Assembly (NCBI GenBank): GCA_035695245.1
Contig: DASSEQ010000186.1
Coordinates: 1 to 54,493, forward strand
Source of the DNA: Mycobacteriales bacterium
GTDB lineage: Bacteria > Actinomycetota > Actinomycetes > JAFAQI01
Length of the DNA: 54,493 nt
Reading direction: 5' to 3'
The position numbers and the translations under genes are program-made. The notes under the pieces are model-generated. The model was not told the DNA's origin and did no database searches. It saw only the letters and a program-made list of their open reading frames with translations. Of this stretch, positions 29,653 through 39,837 are shown piece after piece; positions within the stretch are counted from its first letter, which is position 1; every line of letters begins with the position of its first letter.

Positions 29653-30785
29653 CAGGCGCGGCCACGAGCGGCGCTAGGTGATCTCTCGGCATCGTCTGCG
29701 GCCGGATGCGCGAACACCAGTCGCCCGTTCGAGGTGGTGACGACACTGGTGACCCGCACCGTGACGTCGCGCCCGACCAACCGGCGGGCGCCTTCGACCA
29801 CGACCATGGTGCCGTCGTCGAGATAGCCGACGGCCTGCCCCGGCTCCCGCCCCGCCTTGATCAACTGCACGCTGATGTCCTCGCCCGTGACCACGGGCGG
29901 ACGCAGCGCCAGCGACAAGGCGTGCAGGTTGAGCACCCGGACTCCGGCCAGGCCGGCCGCTTTGGCCAGGTTGGTGTCGAGCGTCAGCAGCGCGTAGCTG
30001 TTGTCCAGGCAGATCCGGACCAGCTTGGCGTCGACCTCGGGAATCTCCGGGTAGGCGTCGTCGAGCACTTCGATGTCGATGGCCGGCTCCCGTTGAAGCG
30101 CCTCGAGCAGCTCCAGCCCGCGCCGACCGCGCGACCGACGAAGCGGATCACTGGCATCAGCCAGCCCTTGCAACTCCCCGAGCACGGACGCCGCCACGAC
30201 CGTGCGCCCATGCAGAAATCCGGCTCGTACGACGTCGAGGATGCGCCCGTCGATCGCCACCGAGCTGTCGACGACGTGGGGCAGGGCGGCCGGCGATGCC
30301 ACCCGCGGCGCCACGCCGGTGCGACCGCCGAAGATCGCGAGCACGCCGTCGCGTTTCGACGCCCCGATCCGGAAGCCCAAGTAGCCGAGCACCGCCACCA
30401 CGGTGCCGAAAAGCGGGATGGCGATCAGCGGGTCCGGCACGAAGAACAAGGGCCAGGCGATCCCGCCGCCGGTGAGGACGCCGCACACCAGGCCGAGGGC
30501 GCCGGCGAGAAGAGTGTCCGCTGAGACTTCGCGCAGCGCCGCCTCGGTCCGGTCAGCGCTCGCCGCGACGGTGCGCCCGAACACCCCGCCGACGACGAAT
30601 CCGATTCCTGAGCCGACGATGATCGCTACGGCAAGGCCGTTGAACGGCCCCAGCACGTTGCCGTGACCGCGGTCGGAGAAGAACCGCGAGGTCTCGTAGC
30701 CGAGCCCAGCGAAGAACAGGATCGTCAGCAGCCGCAGGATCTCGATCAGCCCGGTCGGCGGACGCTGACGCGATCCCGGGCTCAT
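29652..30785 (-). CDS. Membrane-associated PIN-TRAM domain protein (YacL-like)
   Basis: Four N-terminal TM segments, a PIN-like core (VVDSSVAIDGRI) and a C-terminal TRAM-like beta domain. It sits upstream of ispD as yacL does in Bacillus. Confidence 0.75.
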   Translation of the reverse strand: MSPGSRQRPPTGLIEILRLLTILFFAGLGYETSRFFSDRGHGNVLGPFNGLAVAIIVGSGIGFVVGGVFGRTVAASADRTEAALREVSADTLLAGALGLVCGVLTGGGIAWPLFFVPDPLIAIPLFGTVVAVLGYLGFRIGASKRDGVLAIFGGRTGVAPRVASPAALPHVVDSSVAIDGRILDVVRAGFLHGRTVVAASVLGELQGLADASDPLRRSRGRRGLELLEALQREPAIDIEVLDDAYPEIPEVDAKLVRICLDNSYALLTLDTNLAKAAGLAGVRVLNLHALSLALRPPVVTGEDISVQLIKAGREPGQAVGYLDDGTMVVVEGARRLVGRDVTVRVTSVVTTSNGRLVFAHPAADDAERSPSAARGRA

Positions 30786-30974
30786 GCAGCGAGGCTAATC
30801 GTTCACGCGCCCAACAATTGCGCTCTACTGGCGCTTACGCGACGACCACACGCAATTGCTTGCTTCGACTCGTCGTGGATCGTGCCCTCACCGGGTCGAA
30901 ACGTGTCGGGAAGACCCGGCGAAGGCACAACTCAACACCGGCGTGCACGAGCTGAGGGCGGGCCAGTTCTTTGC

Positions 30975-31460
30975 TCAGCCTGAGGCCAGGACCTCGTCCA
31001 GGAGAGCTTCGGCTTTGTCCTCGTTGGTGCCTTCGGCAAGAGCGAGTTCGCTGACGAGGATTTGTCGGGCGCGGGAGAGCATGCGCTTCTCACCGGCAGA
31101 CAGACCGCGCTCGCGGTCACGACGCCACAGGTCACGGACGACCTCGGCGACCTTGTTGACGTCGCCGGAAGCGATCTTCTCGACGTTGGCCTTGTAGCGG
31201 CGGGACCAGTTGGTCGGCTCCTCGGTGTGCGGCGCCTTCAGGATCTCGAAGACCCGCTCCAGGCCGTCCTGCCCAACGACGTCGCGAACCCCGACGTACT
31301 CGGCGTTGTCGGCCGGCACGCGCACAGTCAGGTCGCCCTGCGCGACCTTGAGAACGAGGTACATTTTTTCCTCGCCCTTGATGGTCCGCGTCTCGATTGC
31401 TTCGATAAGGGCAGCCCCGTGATGCGGGTAGACGACAGTCTCACCGACCTCGAACGTCAT
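30975..31460 (-). CDS. carD: CarD-family RNA polymerase-binding transcription regulator
   Basis: [39 protein letters not shown]..., 161 aa, canonical CarD. Confidence 0.93.
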   Translation of the reverse strand: MTFEVGETVVYPHHGAALIEAIETRTIKGEEKMYLVLKVAQGDLTVRVPADNAEYVGVRDVVGQDGLERVFEILKAPHTEEPTNWSRRYKANVEKIASGDVNKVAEVVRDLWRRDRERGLSAGEKRMLSRARQILVSELALAEGTNEDKAEALLDEVLASG

Positions 31461-31622
31461 GCGTGAATTCCCCTTCCGCTACATCAAGGTTAGCACGCAG
31501 CGCCGACAGCCTTTGCCTCGTTGTCACGGTAAAACCGCAGGTCAAGGGCCTAATTCGGCCGCGATGGGGTCTTGACAAACCCGCGGTCGACGTGCCTCGC
31601 AGGAGCGGCGCATACTGAGGCG

Positions 31623-32348
31623 ATGCCGGAGGACGCGCCGTGGGCCGAGCCGCCCGCTTGGATCGACCCGGTCGTCCCGGATGACATCCGGGAGCTGCAG
31701 CCCGACGTCGACGCCTACCACCGCGAGCTGCGATCCGCTCGTCGGCGAGAGCGCTGGCAGTGGCTCACCGGCACCCGCGCGTGGCAGCGCTGGAGCTTCC
31801 CGGCCGGCGTGCTCACCGGTGCCTTCGCGTTGGCGATGGTCGTGTTCGCGCTTCTCGCCGTCGACGGTCGGAGTGCGCGACCCGAGTCAACTCCGGTGCC
31901 GCTGGCATCGCCGACCGCAGCCGTAGGGACGAAGGGTGGTCTGCTGCCCGACGTCTCGCTGACGACGACGACCGGTGCGAGCATCTCCGCGCGATCGCTG
32001 CGTCCTGCGCTCGTCGTGCTGCTCCCGCCGCACTGCAACTGCAACAACGTGCTCACCAGCCTCGCCGGGCAAGCCGAAGAAGTGCAGCTCCGGCTTGTCG
32101 TCATCGGCCCGTCTCAACCGGACGCGGAAGTGGCCGCGCTGCCGGGGCAGCTGCACTACGCCGACCTGGTCGCGGCGTACGACGCTTCGGGCAGCTTGTC
32201 GTCGGCGTACGACGCGAGCGGCGTCACCACCGTGATCCTCGGGCGCGACGGAGTGGTCGAGGACATCGAGCAGCAGGTGAACGAACACACCCGACTCGAA
32301 GGTCCGTTGCAGTCGGCGTTCCTCCTGCCTCCCACCGTGGTGGGCTGA
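31623..32348 (+). CDS. Single-pass membrane protein with a degenerate thioredoxin/TlpA-like ectodomain
   Basis: Trimmed from the TTG at 31572 to ATG 31623. One TM segment (VLTGAFALAMVVFALLAV), then LPDVSLTTTTGASISARSLRPALVVLLPPHCNCNNV, which is a redoxin-like layout with CNC in place of CxxC. Confidence 0.45.
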   Translation: MPEDAPWAEPPAWIDPVVPDDIRELQPDVDAYHRELRSARRRERWQWLTGTRAWQRWSFPAGVLTGAFALAMVVFALLAVDGRSARPESTPVPLASPTAAVGTKGGLLPDVSLTTTTGASISARSLRPALVVLLPPHCNCNNVLTSLAGQAEEVQLRLVVIGPSQPDAEVAALPGQLHYADLVAAYDASGSLSSAYDASGVTTVILGRDGVVEDIEQQVNEHTRLEGPLQSAFLLPPTVVG

Positions 32349-32356
32349 CCGCCCGA

Positions 32357-33040
32357 GTGAACCCGCTCCACCGGCAACGCGAACATAGAAGAGTGCGTCG
32401 TCGCCTCTCTGCAGCCGCCGGCCTAGTTGCGCTGCTTGCCACTGCATGCACCAGCGGAGCGTCCGCCAGCAATGTTGGGTCTGCACACGGCGCGGGCAAC
32501 CTCACCCTGCACGGGGCGATGCCGGGTGACCCGCAACCGCGGCCGGAGTTCGACCTCGTCGACACCGCCGGTCATGCCTACGACTTCGACGCGCAGACCA
32601 ACGGTCACGTGACGCTCCTGTATTTCGGCTACACCCATTGCCCGGACGAGTGCCCGACGTCGATGGCCGATGTCGCCTCCGCCCTCCGGCAGGTGCCCGC
32701 GACGGTCTCGCAGCAGGTCGACGTCGTCTTCGTCACCACGGACCCGTGGCGCGACACCGCCCCCGTGTTGCGTCGCTGGCTCGACAAGTTCGGCCCGCCG
32801 GAGCCCTTCATCGGCCTCACCGGCACGCCGACGCAGATCGCGGGCGCGGAGGTAACGATGGGCATGCCCATCTCGCGTCGCGAGGCCGCGCCCAAGTCCT
32901 ACGGCGCGGGTAAGTACGCTGTGAGCCACTTCGCGGCTGTGATGGTCTACGGCCGTGACAACCGGCTAGCGACGGTCTATCCATCGGGGCAGTCGCCGGC
33001 CGATATCGCGACCGACCTGAAGGTGCTCGTCAAGGGGTGA
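32357..33040 (+). CDS. SCO1/SenC-family copper chaperone lipoprotein (alternative start GTG 32393)
   Basis: Signal peptide plus lipobox (RRRLSAAAGLVALLATAC), the CxxxC copper motif YFGYTHCPDECP, and a distal His (VSHF). The track ORF 31760.. is an upstream out-of-gene extension. Confidence 0.85.
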   Translation: MNPLHRQREHRRVRRRLSAAAGLVALLATACTSGASASNVGSAHGAGNLTLHGAMPGDPQPRPEFDLVDTAGHAYDFDAQTNGHVTLLYFGYTHCPDECPTSMADVASALRQVPATVSQQVDVVFVTTDPWRDTAPVLRRWLDKFGPPEPFIGLTGTPTQIAGAEVTMGMPISRREAAPKSYGAGKYAVSHFAAVMVYGRDNRLATVYPSGQSPADIATDLKVLVKG

Positions 33041-33049
33041 CCGACCGCA

Positions 33050-33544
33050 GTGAGAACGACGCGACTCCTGCCCGCCGCCTTTCTCGCCGCACTCGGCTTG
33101 GTCGGAACGATGGCCCTGACCGGCTGTGCCTCGGGGCTGAACGATGCGACATCGCGCGAGCACGCAACGCCATGGGTGGCCAACGCCAACGTCGGAAGTG
33201 TCGACGTGCGCGACGTCACGATCTCGCCCGCGACTGGCGGCTCCGGCACGCAGGCCTACCTGTCCATGGCCCTCATCAGCAGCAAGCCGGACCAGCTGAC
33301 CGGCGCGAGTCTCTCCGCGGGCGGCACGGTCACGCCGACGGTGCCGGGCACGACGTTCTCGATGACGCCCAACCAGCTGCTGTCGATCCCGGACCCCGAC
33401 ACACCGACCACACTTCCGGGACTTGCCATCACCGGCTTGACCACGCTGCCGCAGGTCGGCACGACCATGCAGGTGACGCTGACTTTCCGTGATGCCGGCC
33501 AGGTGCGGCTCGACGTGCCCGTGCGGGACGCGCCGATCTCCTAG
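33050..33544 (+). CDS. Lipoprotein resembling PCuAC/DUF461 copper chaperones (LpqE-like) but lacking the His/Met ligand motif
   Basis: Lipobox LTGC. AYLSMALISSKPDQLTGASLS and MQVTLTFRDAGQVRLDVPV mirror PCuAC beta strands. No H(M)x10M..HxM ligands are visible. Confidence 0.5.
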   Translation: MRTTRLLPAAFLAALGLVGTMALTGCASGLNDATSREHATPWVANANVGSVDVRDVTISPATGGSGTQAYLSMALISSKPDQLTGASLSAGGTVTPTVPGTTFSMTPNQLLSIPDPDTPTTLPGLAITGLTTLPQVGTTMQVTLTFRDAGQVRLDVPVRDAPIS

Positions 33545-33556
33545 CCGGCTGGGTCT

Positions 33557-34303
33557 CTAGCGTCCTTGGTTCTTGACCGCTTCGATCGCGGCGGCGGCTG
33601 CGACGGGGTCGAGGTAGGTGCCGCCGCGCTTCGCCGGCACGAGCGCATCGTCGAGGTCGTAGCGCAGCGGGATTCCGGTGGGAATGTTGAGACCGGAGAT
33701 CGAATCGTCATCGATGCCGTCGAGGTGTTTCACCAGCGCGCGCAACGAGTTGCCATGCGCAGCAACGAGCACGGTTAAACCGGCGCGGAGGTCCGGCACG
33801 ATCGCGTCGTACCAGTAGGGCAGCATCCGCTCGAGAACGTCTTTGAGGCATTCGGTCCGCGGCACGATCTCCGGCGCCAAGTCGGCGTAGCGCGCATCGC
33901 CGGCTTGTGACCACTCATCGTCGTCCGCGAGTGGCGGCGGCGGCACGTCGTAGGAACGACGCCAGAGCATGAACTGCTCGTCGCCGTACTTCTCCCGCAC
34001 CGCAGACTTGTCCTTGCCCTGCAGGTCGCCGTAGTGCCGCTCGTTCAGTCGCCACGACCGCCGCACCGGGATCCAGTGTCGGTCACACCCGTTCAACGCG
34101 ATCTGCGCCGTCGCGATAGCCCGCCGCAGGACCGACGTGTGTACGACGTCGGGCAGCAGGTGCGCCTCGCGGAGCAGTTCGCCACCGCGGGCCGCCTCAT
34201 CGCGCCCTTTGGCCGACAGGTCGACGTCCACCCAGCCCGTGAACAGGTTCTTCGCGTTCCACTCGCTCTCGCCGTGGCGGAGCAAGACGAGCGTGCCGGT
34301 CAT
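33557..34303 (-). CDS. gpmA: 2,3-bisphosphoglycerate-dependent phosphoglycerate mutase
   Basis: [33 protein letters not shown]. Confidence 0.93.
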   Translation of the reverse strand: MTGTLVLLRHGESEWNAKNLFTGWVDVDLSAKGRDEAARGGELLREAHLLPDVVHTSVLRRAIATAQIALNGCDRHWIPVRRSWRLNERHYGDLQGKDKSAVREKYGDEQFMLWRRSYDVPPPPLADDDEWSQAGDARYADLAPEIVPRTECLKDVLERMLPYWYDAIVPDLRAGLTVLVAAHGNSLRALVKHLDGIDDDSISGLNIPTGIPLRYDLDDALVPAKRGGTYLDPVAAAAAIEAVKNQGR

Positions 34304-34315
34304 GATTCGCCAAGA

Positions 34316-34828
34316 CTAGGTGGCGGCGCGGGACTGACGGTTGGCCGGATCGGCGAAGCGTCGGAAAGCCTCGAGGTTGCGCAACGATTCGCCGCGCTTC
34401 ACCCGCCAGTCCCATTCCTTCTCGATGCTCGACCGGAAGCCGATCTCGAGAGCGGCGTCGAACCCGTCGTCGGCGTAGGTGAGCACCGACCCGAGGATGC
34501 GATCGATCTCCTCCGCGGTCACCGCAGACAGCGGCAACCGCCCGATCAGGTAGACGTCACCGATGCTGTCGACGGCGAAGGAAACTGCGTACATGCGGGC
34601 GTTGCGTTCGAGCAGCCACTTGTAGAACGCCTCGTGGTTCTCGTCCGGTTTGCGGATGAAGAAGGCCTCGACCGACAGTGCGTGGTCGCCGATCACGAGC
34701 CAGCACATCGTCTGCAGCTTGTGAGTGCCGGGCAATGTGACGAGAAAGGCCCCCGGCTGGTCTTCGTCGTACTTCAGCTCTCGCTCGTCGAGCGTCCGGC
34801 GCACGACGTCCGCGAGTTGATCTGACAC
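34316..34828 (-). CDS. YbjN-domain (putative chaperone-like) protein
   Basis: 170 aa. Its position between mshA and gpmA matches the mycobacterial arrangement, and the sequence fits the YbjN-like alpha/beta pattern. Confidence 0.6.
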   Translation of the reverse strand: MSDQLADVVRRTLDERELKYDEDQPGAFLVTLPGTHKLQTMCWLVIGDHALSVEAFFIRKPDENHEAFYKWLLERNARMYAVSFAVDSIGDVYLIGRLPLSAVTAEEIDRILGSVLTYADDGFDAALEIGFRSSIEKEWDWRVKRGESLRNLEAFRRFADPANRQSRAAT

Positions 34829-34831
34829 CGG

Positions 34832-36166
34832 TCAGCGCACCGCCGCGATCGGCGAAAGCGCAGCGATGGCATCGCCGTAGACCCGGAGCATGCCGTCAGC
34901 GGTGCGCCCCCATCCGAAGCGTGCGGCGTGCTCGACCGCACCTGCTGCGAGCTCTTGGTGCAGACCGCGGTCGGTCACCAGCCGCCGGATCGCGTCGGCG
35001 TAGCTGGACGGCCGATGCCCTTCGACGAGCAGTCCGGAGACGTCGTCTGCCACTGCGGAGCGAAGACCGCCGACGCCTGCGGCAACGACCGGTGTGCCGC
35101 AAGCTTGCGACTCAACCGCGACCAGCCCGAACGACTCGGTGTGACTGGGTACGACGGTCACCGTGGCCGCGCGGTAATAGTCGGCCAGCGTGCGCTGGTC
35201 GACCGGCCGGGCGAAACGCGTGATGTCGGCGATGCCGAGATTGCCGGCCAGCTTGTGCAGCTGCTCGGGATGCGCGAGGCCGCTGCCGCTCGGGCCACCG
35301 ACGATGACCACTTCGAGGCGCTCGCGCATCGCGGGGTCTGCGGCCACCAGCCGCTCCGCGGCATGCAGCAGCACATCCGGGGCCTTCAGCGGCTGGATTC
35401 GCCCGACGAAGAGAAGCACGACCGCGTCCGGAGCGATGCCCAGTCGCCGCCGCGCGGCAACAGGGTCGCCGGGGCAGAAGACGTCGAGGTCGACGCCTGG
35501 CGCGACGGTGCGCACGTGGCGGGGGTCTGCGCCGTACAACGACACGAGCTGCGCCGCCTCGTCGTCGGTCGACGCGACGAGACGGTCGGCAGCATCGACA
35601 ACTTGAGCCTCACCGATCGCGCGCGCGTTGGGCTCGGGATCGTCGCCTTCGGCGAGTGACGCGTTCTTGACCTTGGCCATGGTGTGCATCGAGTGCACCA
35701 AGGGCACGCCCCAGCGCTCCTTGACCAACCAGCCGACCTGTCCGGACAGCCAGTAGTGCGAGTGCACGAGGTCGAAGTAGCCGGGCTCGTGCATCGCCTC
35801 GACGCGCAGCACTCCGGAGGTGAAGGCGCACAGCTGGGCCGGGAGCTCGGACTTGTCGAGTCCTTCGTAGGGACCCGCGGTGATGTGACGAACCGTGACG
35901 CCCGGCACCAGCTCGACCGTCGGCGGCAGATCGCTGGACGTCGCGCGGGTGAAGATCTCCACCTCGATGCCGGACTGCGCCAGCCGCTTCGCGACCTCGC
36001 ACACGTAGACATTGAGGCCCCCGGCGTCACCGGCTCCGGGCTGGTCGAGGGGCGACGTGTGCACGGACAAAGTCGCCACCCGCCGGGGCAGCGGGCCCGT
36101 GGACAGGGCAGGCGAAGACGTGACGGGTAGCGCCATGCCCGCCACCTCCGTCCCCTGAGCCGTCAC
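34832..36166 (-). CDS. mshA: D-inositol-3-phosphate glycosyltransferase (mycothiol biosynthesis); alternative start ATG 36136
   Basis: [25 protein letters not shown]4 core, [19 protein letters not shown]. Confidence 0.9.
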   Translation of the reverse strand: MTAQGTEVAGMALPVTSSPALSTGPLPRRVATLSVHTSPLDQPGAGDAGGLNVYVCEVAKRLAQSGIEVEIFTRATSSDLPPTVELVPGVTVRHITAGPYEGLDKSELPAQLCAFTSGVLRVEAMHEPGYFDLVHSHYWLSGQVGWLVKERWGVPLVHSMHTMAKVKNASLAEGDDPEPNARAIGEAQVVDAADRLVASTDDEAAQLVSLYGADPRHVRTVAPGVDLDVFCPGDPVAARRRLGIAPDAVVLLFVGRIQPLKAPDVLLHAAERLVAADPAMRERLEVVIVGGPSGSGLAHPEQLHKLAGNLGIADITRFARPVDQRTLADYYRAATVTVVPSHTESFGLVAVESQACGTPVVAAGVGGLRSAVADDVSGLLVEGHRPSSYADAIRRLVTDRGLHQELAAGAVEHAARFGWGRTADGMLRVYGDAIAALSPIAAVR

Positions 36167-36315
36167 CGCCAGCGGATCCAGCGGCCGTCCTCGGGAGGGT
36201 CAACCGCCAACCATCCTGCCCGATTCCCGACCGGGTCCCACAACTGGATTCCGGTCGAGCGCCGGGGCCGATCGCACCGAACGGGCAGGGGCGCGCTTCT
36301 CCTAGGCTGGGTCAC

Positions 36316-37062
36316 GTGGGACGGGGACCAGCCGTTGTGACCGGCGCCAGCAGCGGGATCGGCGCCGCAACCGTCCGCCGGCTCGTCGCAGAGGGCTTCG
36401 AGGTCGTCGCTGCGGCGCGGCGCGCTGATCGGCTCGAGGAGCTCGCGCAGGCCACCGGCTGCCGGCCGATCACGCTCGACGTGACCGACGAGGCATCGGT
36501 GGCCACGCTGGCGGAGCAGGTCGCGCGGTGCAGCGTGCTGGTCAACAACGCGGGGGGCGCCTTCGGCTTGGCGCCGATCGCCAGCGCCGACGTCGCGGAC
36601 TGGCAACGGATGTACGACGTGAACGTGCTCGGCGCCCTGCGGGTCACGAAGGCCCTGCTCCCGGCGCTGATCGCGAGCGGCGACGGTGTCGTCGTCATGA
36701 TCACATCGACGGCCGGCCACGGCGTCTACGAGGGCGGCGCCGGTTACACGGCCGCGAAGCACGCCGAACGCGCGATGACCGAGACGCTTCGACTGGAGCT
36801 CTGCGGGCAGCCGGTCCGGGTGACCGAGGTCGCGCCCGGCATGGTCCACACGGAGGAGTTCTCCCTGGTGCGGTTCGGCGGCGACCAGAAGCGCGCTGAC
36901 GCCGTCTACGCCGGAGTGCCCGGCCCACTGTCGGCGGACGACATCGCCGACTGCGTCGCCTGGGTGGTGACCCGACCGTGGAACGTGAACATCGACTCGA
37001 TGACGGTGCGGCCGCGTGCCCAAGCCGCCCAACACAAGGTCTACCGGGAGACGAGCGCTTGA
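36316..37062 (+). CDS. Short-chain dehydrogenase/reductase (SDR)
   Basis: VVTGASSGIGAA, NNAG, and the catalytic YTAAKHA. Confidence 0.88.
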   Translation: MGRGPAVVTGASSGIGAATVRRLVAEGFEVVAAARRADRLEELAQATGCRPITLDVTDEASVATLAEQVARCSVLVNNAGGAFGLAPIASADVADWQRMYDVNVLGALRVTKALLPALIASGDGVVVMITSTAGHGVYEGGAGYTAAKHAERAMTETLRLELCGQPVRVTEVAPGMVHTEEFSLVRFGGDQKRADAVYAGVPGPLSADDIADCVAWVVTRPWNVNIDSMTVRPRAQAAQHKVYRETSA

Positions 37063-37511
37063 CCGACACCTCTGCGCCGGCGGCTCACAGCCACGTCGTG
37101 CACAACGGCAAGCGCGAGCTCACGCTGGACGAGCTCGCGCTGATGCAGCCCGGAATGGATCGGTTGATGGCGGAGGTCGGGCCGCGGACCCACCGGCTCT
37201 ACTACGCGGCGCTGGCCGGCAACTGGCGGTTGGCCGACTACTTCTTCCGCTCGATGGTGAAGCAGCTTCGGCTTTGTGCCACGAGCCGTCCGAAGTACGA
37301 CACCGACATGACGACGTTCATCGACGAGGACTGCCTTCCGGTCCGCGATGCCATCCGCGACCGCGATGCCGACGGTTTCCGGGTGGCCTATGACCGCATG
37401 ATCGACCGGGCCAACCACTTCCACGAGGTGTTCGGCAAGCCCTACATCCGCTGGGTGACGCCGGCCGAGCCCCCGCACGACCTGGACCTTTCCGCCGGGG
37501 TCGAGCGGTGA
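37059..37511 (+). CDS. Hypothetical helical protein (150 aa), coupled on both sides
   Basis: Trimmed to TTG 37059, which overlaps the SDR stop (TTGA). Its stop overlaps the next start (GTGA). I do not recognise a family. Confidence 0.5.
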   Translation: MTDTSAPAAHSHVVHNGKRELTLDELALMQPGMDRLMAEVGPRTHRLYYAALAGNWRLADYFFRSMVKQLRLCATSRPKYDTDMTTFIDEDCLPVRDAIRDRDADGFRVAYDRMIDRANHFHEVFGKPYIRWVTPAEPPHDLDLSAGVER

Positions 37512-38239
37512 CCGCGCCGGTCTTCTCCGAGCATGTGGCCGCCGTCCGCGGCGAGGGCGAGCAGATCCTTGCGGCCGCCGGGCAGGGTGGCCTCGACGTG
37601 CCGGTGCCGACCTGCGGGGACTGGACGATGCACGACCTGCTGACGCACGTCGCCAGCGTCTACCGCCGAGCCGGCACAGTCGTCGGCGAGCGCGCCACCA
37701 CGCCGGTCGCCTGGCAGCCTCCGGACCACATCGAGGATCCCGTCGGCTACCTGTCCGACGCGCTCGACGAGCTGATCCACGCCCTGTCCGAGGCTGACTC
37801 CGACACTCCGGTTTGGAACTGGTCCGGCGAACACCAGGTCGCGGGCTTCTGGGCTCGACGCATGGCGCACGAGTCCGCCGTACACCGCTACGACGCGCAA
37901 CGAGCACATGGTGTGGCGCAACCGATCGACGACGACCTTGCCTACGACGGGATGGACGAGCTCGTCGATGTGATCCTTCCTCGAATCGTCACGCGTGACG
38001 AGCTCACCCTGCCGTCACAGAGCTACACGTTCACTGCCTTGGACGACGGGGCGTGGCACGTCGCGCTCGACGAAACGGGCGTCCACCGACTCGACGCGCT
38101 GAAGGATCCGGACGTCGTCGTGCGCGCCACGGCGAGCGGCCTGTTGTTGGCGGCCTACGCGCGCGTGCCCTGGACGTCGCTCGATGTCGAAGGCGACGAC
38201 GAGGCTCTCGCCCGGTGGACCGACACGTTCAAGTTCTGA
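37508..38239 (+). CDS. Mycothiol-dependent maleylpyruvate isomerase-like (DinB/MDMPI_N) family protein
   Basis: CGDWTMHDLLTHV and WARRMAHESAVHRYD are metal-binding His motifs typical of the TIGR03083-type family. Confidence 0.75.
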   Translation: MTAPVFSEHVAAVRGEGEQILAAAGQGGLDVPVPTCGDWTMHDLLTHVASVYRRAGTVVGERATTPVAWQPPDHIEDPVGYLSDALDELIHALSEADSDTPVWNWSGEHQVAGFWARRMAHESAVHRYDAQRAHGVAQPIDDDLAYDGMDELVDVILPRIVTRDELTLPSQSYTFTALDDGAWHVALDETGVHRLDALKDPDVVVRATASGLLLAAYARVPWTSLDVEGDDEALARWTDTFKF

Positions 38240-38732
38240 GGGCGGTCGCGAACGCGTCGTACGCGGTGTCGCTGAAGAGCACGAACCGCACCTGCTCGAC
38301 ATCGGTCTTCGCCTCACGCACCGTCGCGACGGCGATCTGCGCCGCAGAGTTGATCGGCCAGCCGTAGATCCCGGCGGACACGGCGGGCATGGCAACAGTC
38401 CGGGCAGACAGCTCATCGGCAACCCGCAGCGCCTCGCGATAGCACGACTCGAGCAGGTGCGACCGGTCCTCGCTCTTCGCAAATACCGGCCCGACGACGT
38501 GGATCACCCAGCGAGCACGCATCGCACCCGAGATGGTGGCCGCCGCCTGGCCCGTGGGCAAAGAGCCGATCCGGTCCCGCAGCTCTTGACGGGCAGCACG
38601 CTGTTCAGCGCCTCCCGACCGCAGGATGGCGCCGTCGACACCGCCGCCGCCCATGAGCCCGCTGTTGGCCGCGTTGACGACGGCGTCCACGTCCTCGTCG
38701 ACGATGTCACCGCGGACGAGCACGATCTCCAC
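38229..38732 (-). CDS. Macro domain protein (O-acetyl-ADP-ribose deacetylase-like)
   Basis: GDIVDEDVDAVVNAANSGLMGGGGVDGAI and PAVSAGIYGWP. Confidence 0.88.
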   Translation of the reverse strand: MEIVLVRGDIVDEDVDAVVNAANSGLMGGGGVDGAILRSGGAEQRAARQELRDRIGSLPTGQAAATISGAMRARWVIHVVGPVFAKSEDRSHLLESCYREALRVADELSARTVAMPAVSAGIYGWPINSAAQIAVATVREAKTDVEQVRFVLFSDTAYDAFATALRT

Positions 38733-38734
38733 GT

Positions 38735-39775
38735 TCAGCTGACCCAGGACTTGACCTTCTCGATCAGCTTCAGTGGGTCATCGCCCATGGGCGTCACACT
38801 CAGCCGGGTCACGCCGGCCGCCTTGTAGGCCTCGATGCGCTCCCGGACGAATCCTTCGTCGCCGACCATGGCGGTGGCGGCGAGATAGTCCTCCGGCACC
38901 AACGCTTCGGCTTCCGCCTTCTGCCCGGACAGGTAGAGGTCCTGGATCTTCTCGGCCTCGGCTTCGTAGCCGTAACGCTTGAAGACGTTGTTGTAGAAGT
39001 TGCGGCCCTTCGCGCCCATGCCACCGACGTACAAAGCAGTCGACGGGCGAGCGGCGTTGCGCAGCTTCTCGGCGACGTCCGCTGAGCAGATCGCGAGCGT
39101 GCCGCCGGCGACGATCTCGAGCGGGGCGAGGCTCGAATCGCGTTGCTTGGCACCGATCTCCAGGTCGGCCTGCCAGATGTCGGCCTTGTCGGGGTGGAAG
39201 AAGACCGGCAGCCATCCGTCGGCCACCTGGGCGGTCATCTGGACGTTCTTCGGGCCGAGCGAGGCGATGTAGACCGGGATGTTGTCGCGCACCGGATGGT
39301 TGATGATTTTCAACGGCTTGCCGAGACCAGTGCCCTGATCCGCCGGGAGCGGCAGCTGGTAGGCATCGCCGTCGTAGACGACGCGCTCGCGCTTCCAGAC
39401 CTGCCGGCAGATGTCGATGATCTCGCGCGTGCGCGTCAGCGGCTTGTCGTAAGCCACGCCATGCCAGCCCTCGATCACCTGCGGACCAGACGCTCCGAGG
39501 CCGAGCACGAAGCGACCACCCGAGACGGCGTCGAGGCCGGCCGCCGTCATCGCGGTCAGCGTGGGAGTGCGCGAGTAGATCGGCAGGATGCCGGAGGCGA
39601 GCTCGGCTCGCTCCGTATGCGCAGCGAGGTAACCGAGGATCGAGACGGCGTCGAAGCTATAGAGCTCGGCAACCCAGATCATGTCGATGCCGGCTGCTTC
39701 GAGGTCCTTCGCGCGTCGCGCCGCTTGGGTCGGGTCGCCGGTGTAGCCGAGGCCGGTGGAGAGCTTCACGGTCAT
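38735..39775 (-). CDS. LLM-class F420-dependent oxidoreductase (luciferase-like)
   Basis: IDMIWVAELYSFDAVS, GRFVLGLGASGPQVIEGWHG, 346 aa. Confidence 0.85.
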   Translation of the reverse strand: MTVKLSTGLGYTGDPTQAARRAKDLEAAGIDMIWVAELYSFDAVSILGYLAAHTERAELASGILPIYSRTPTLTAMTAAGLDAVSGGRFVLGLGASGPQVIEGWHGVAYDKPLTRTREIIDICRQVWKRERVVYDGDAYQLPLPADQGTGLGKPLKIINHPVRDNIPVYIASLGPKNVQMTAQVADGWLPVFFHPDKADIWQADLEIGAKQRDSSLAPLEIVAGGTLAICSADVAEKLRNAARPSTALYVGGMGAKGRNFYNNVFKRYGYEAEAEKIQDLYLSGQKAEAEALVPEDYLAATAMVGDEGFVRERIEAYKAAGVTRLSVTPMGDDPLKLIEKVKSWVS

Positions 39776-39837
39776 CGTCCTTTTCGCAAGACGCCGGTGG
39801 TGCCGGACAGCGTCGCACAGGCGCGGAAGGCACCGCT

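Noticed and set aside
31572-31622. TTG start at 31572 (within a TTGACA hexamer) for the redoxin-like membrane protein
   Set aside because: The first 17 codons have no RBS and overlap a promoter-like hexamer. ATG 31623 gives a more plausible N-terminus. Confidence in either start is modest.
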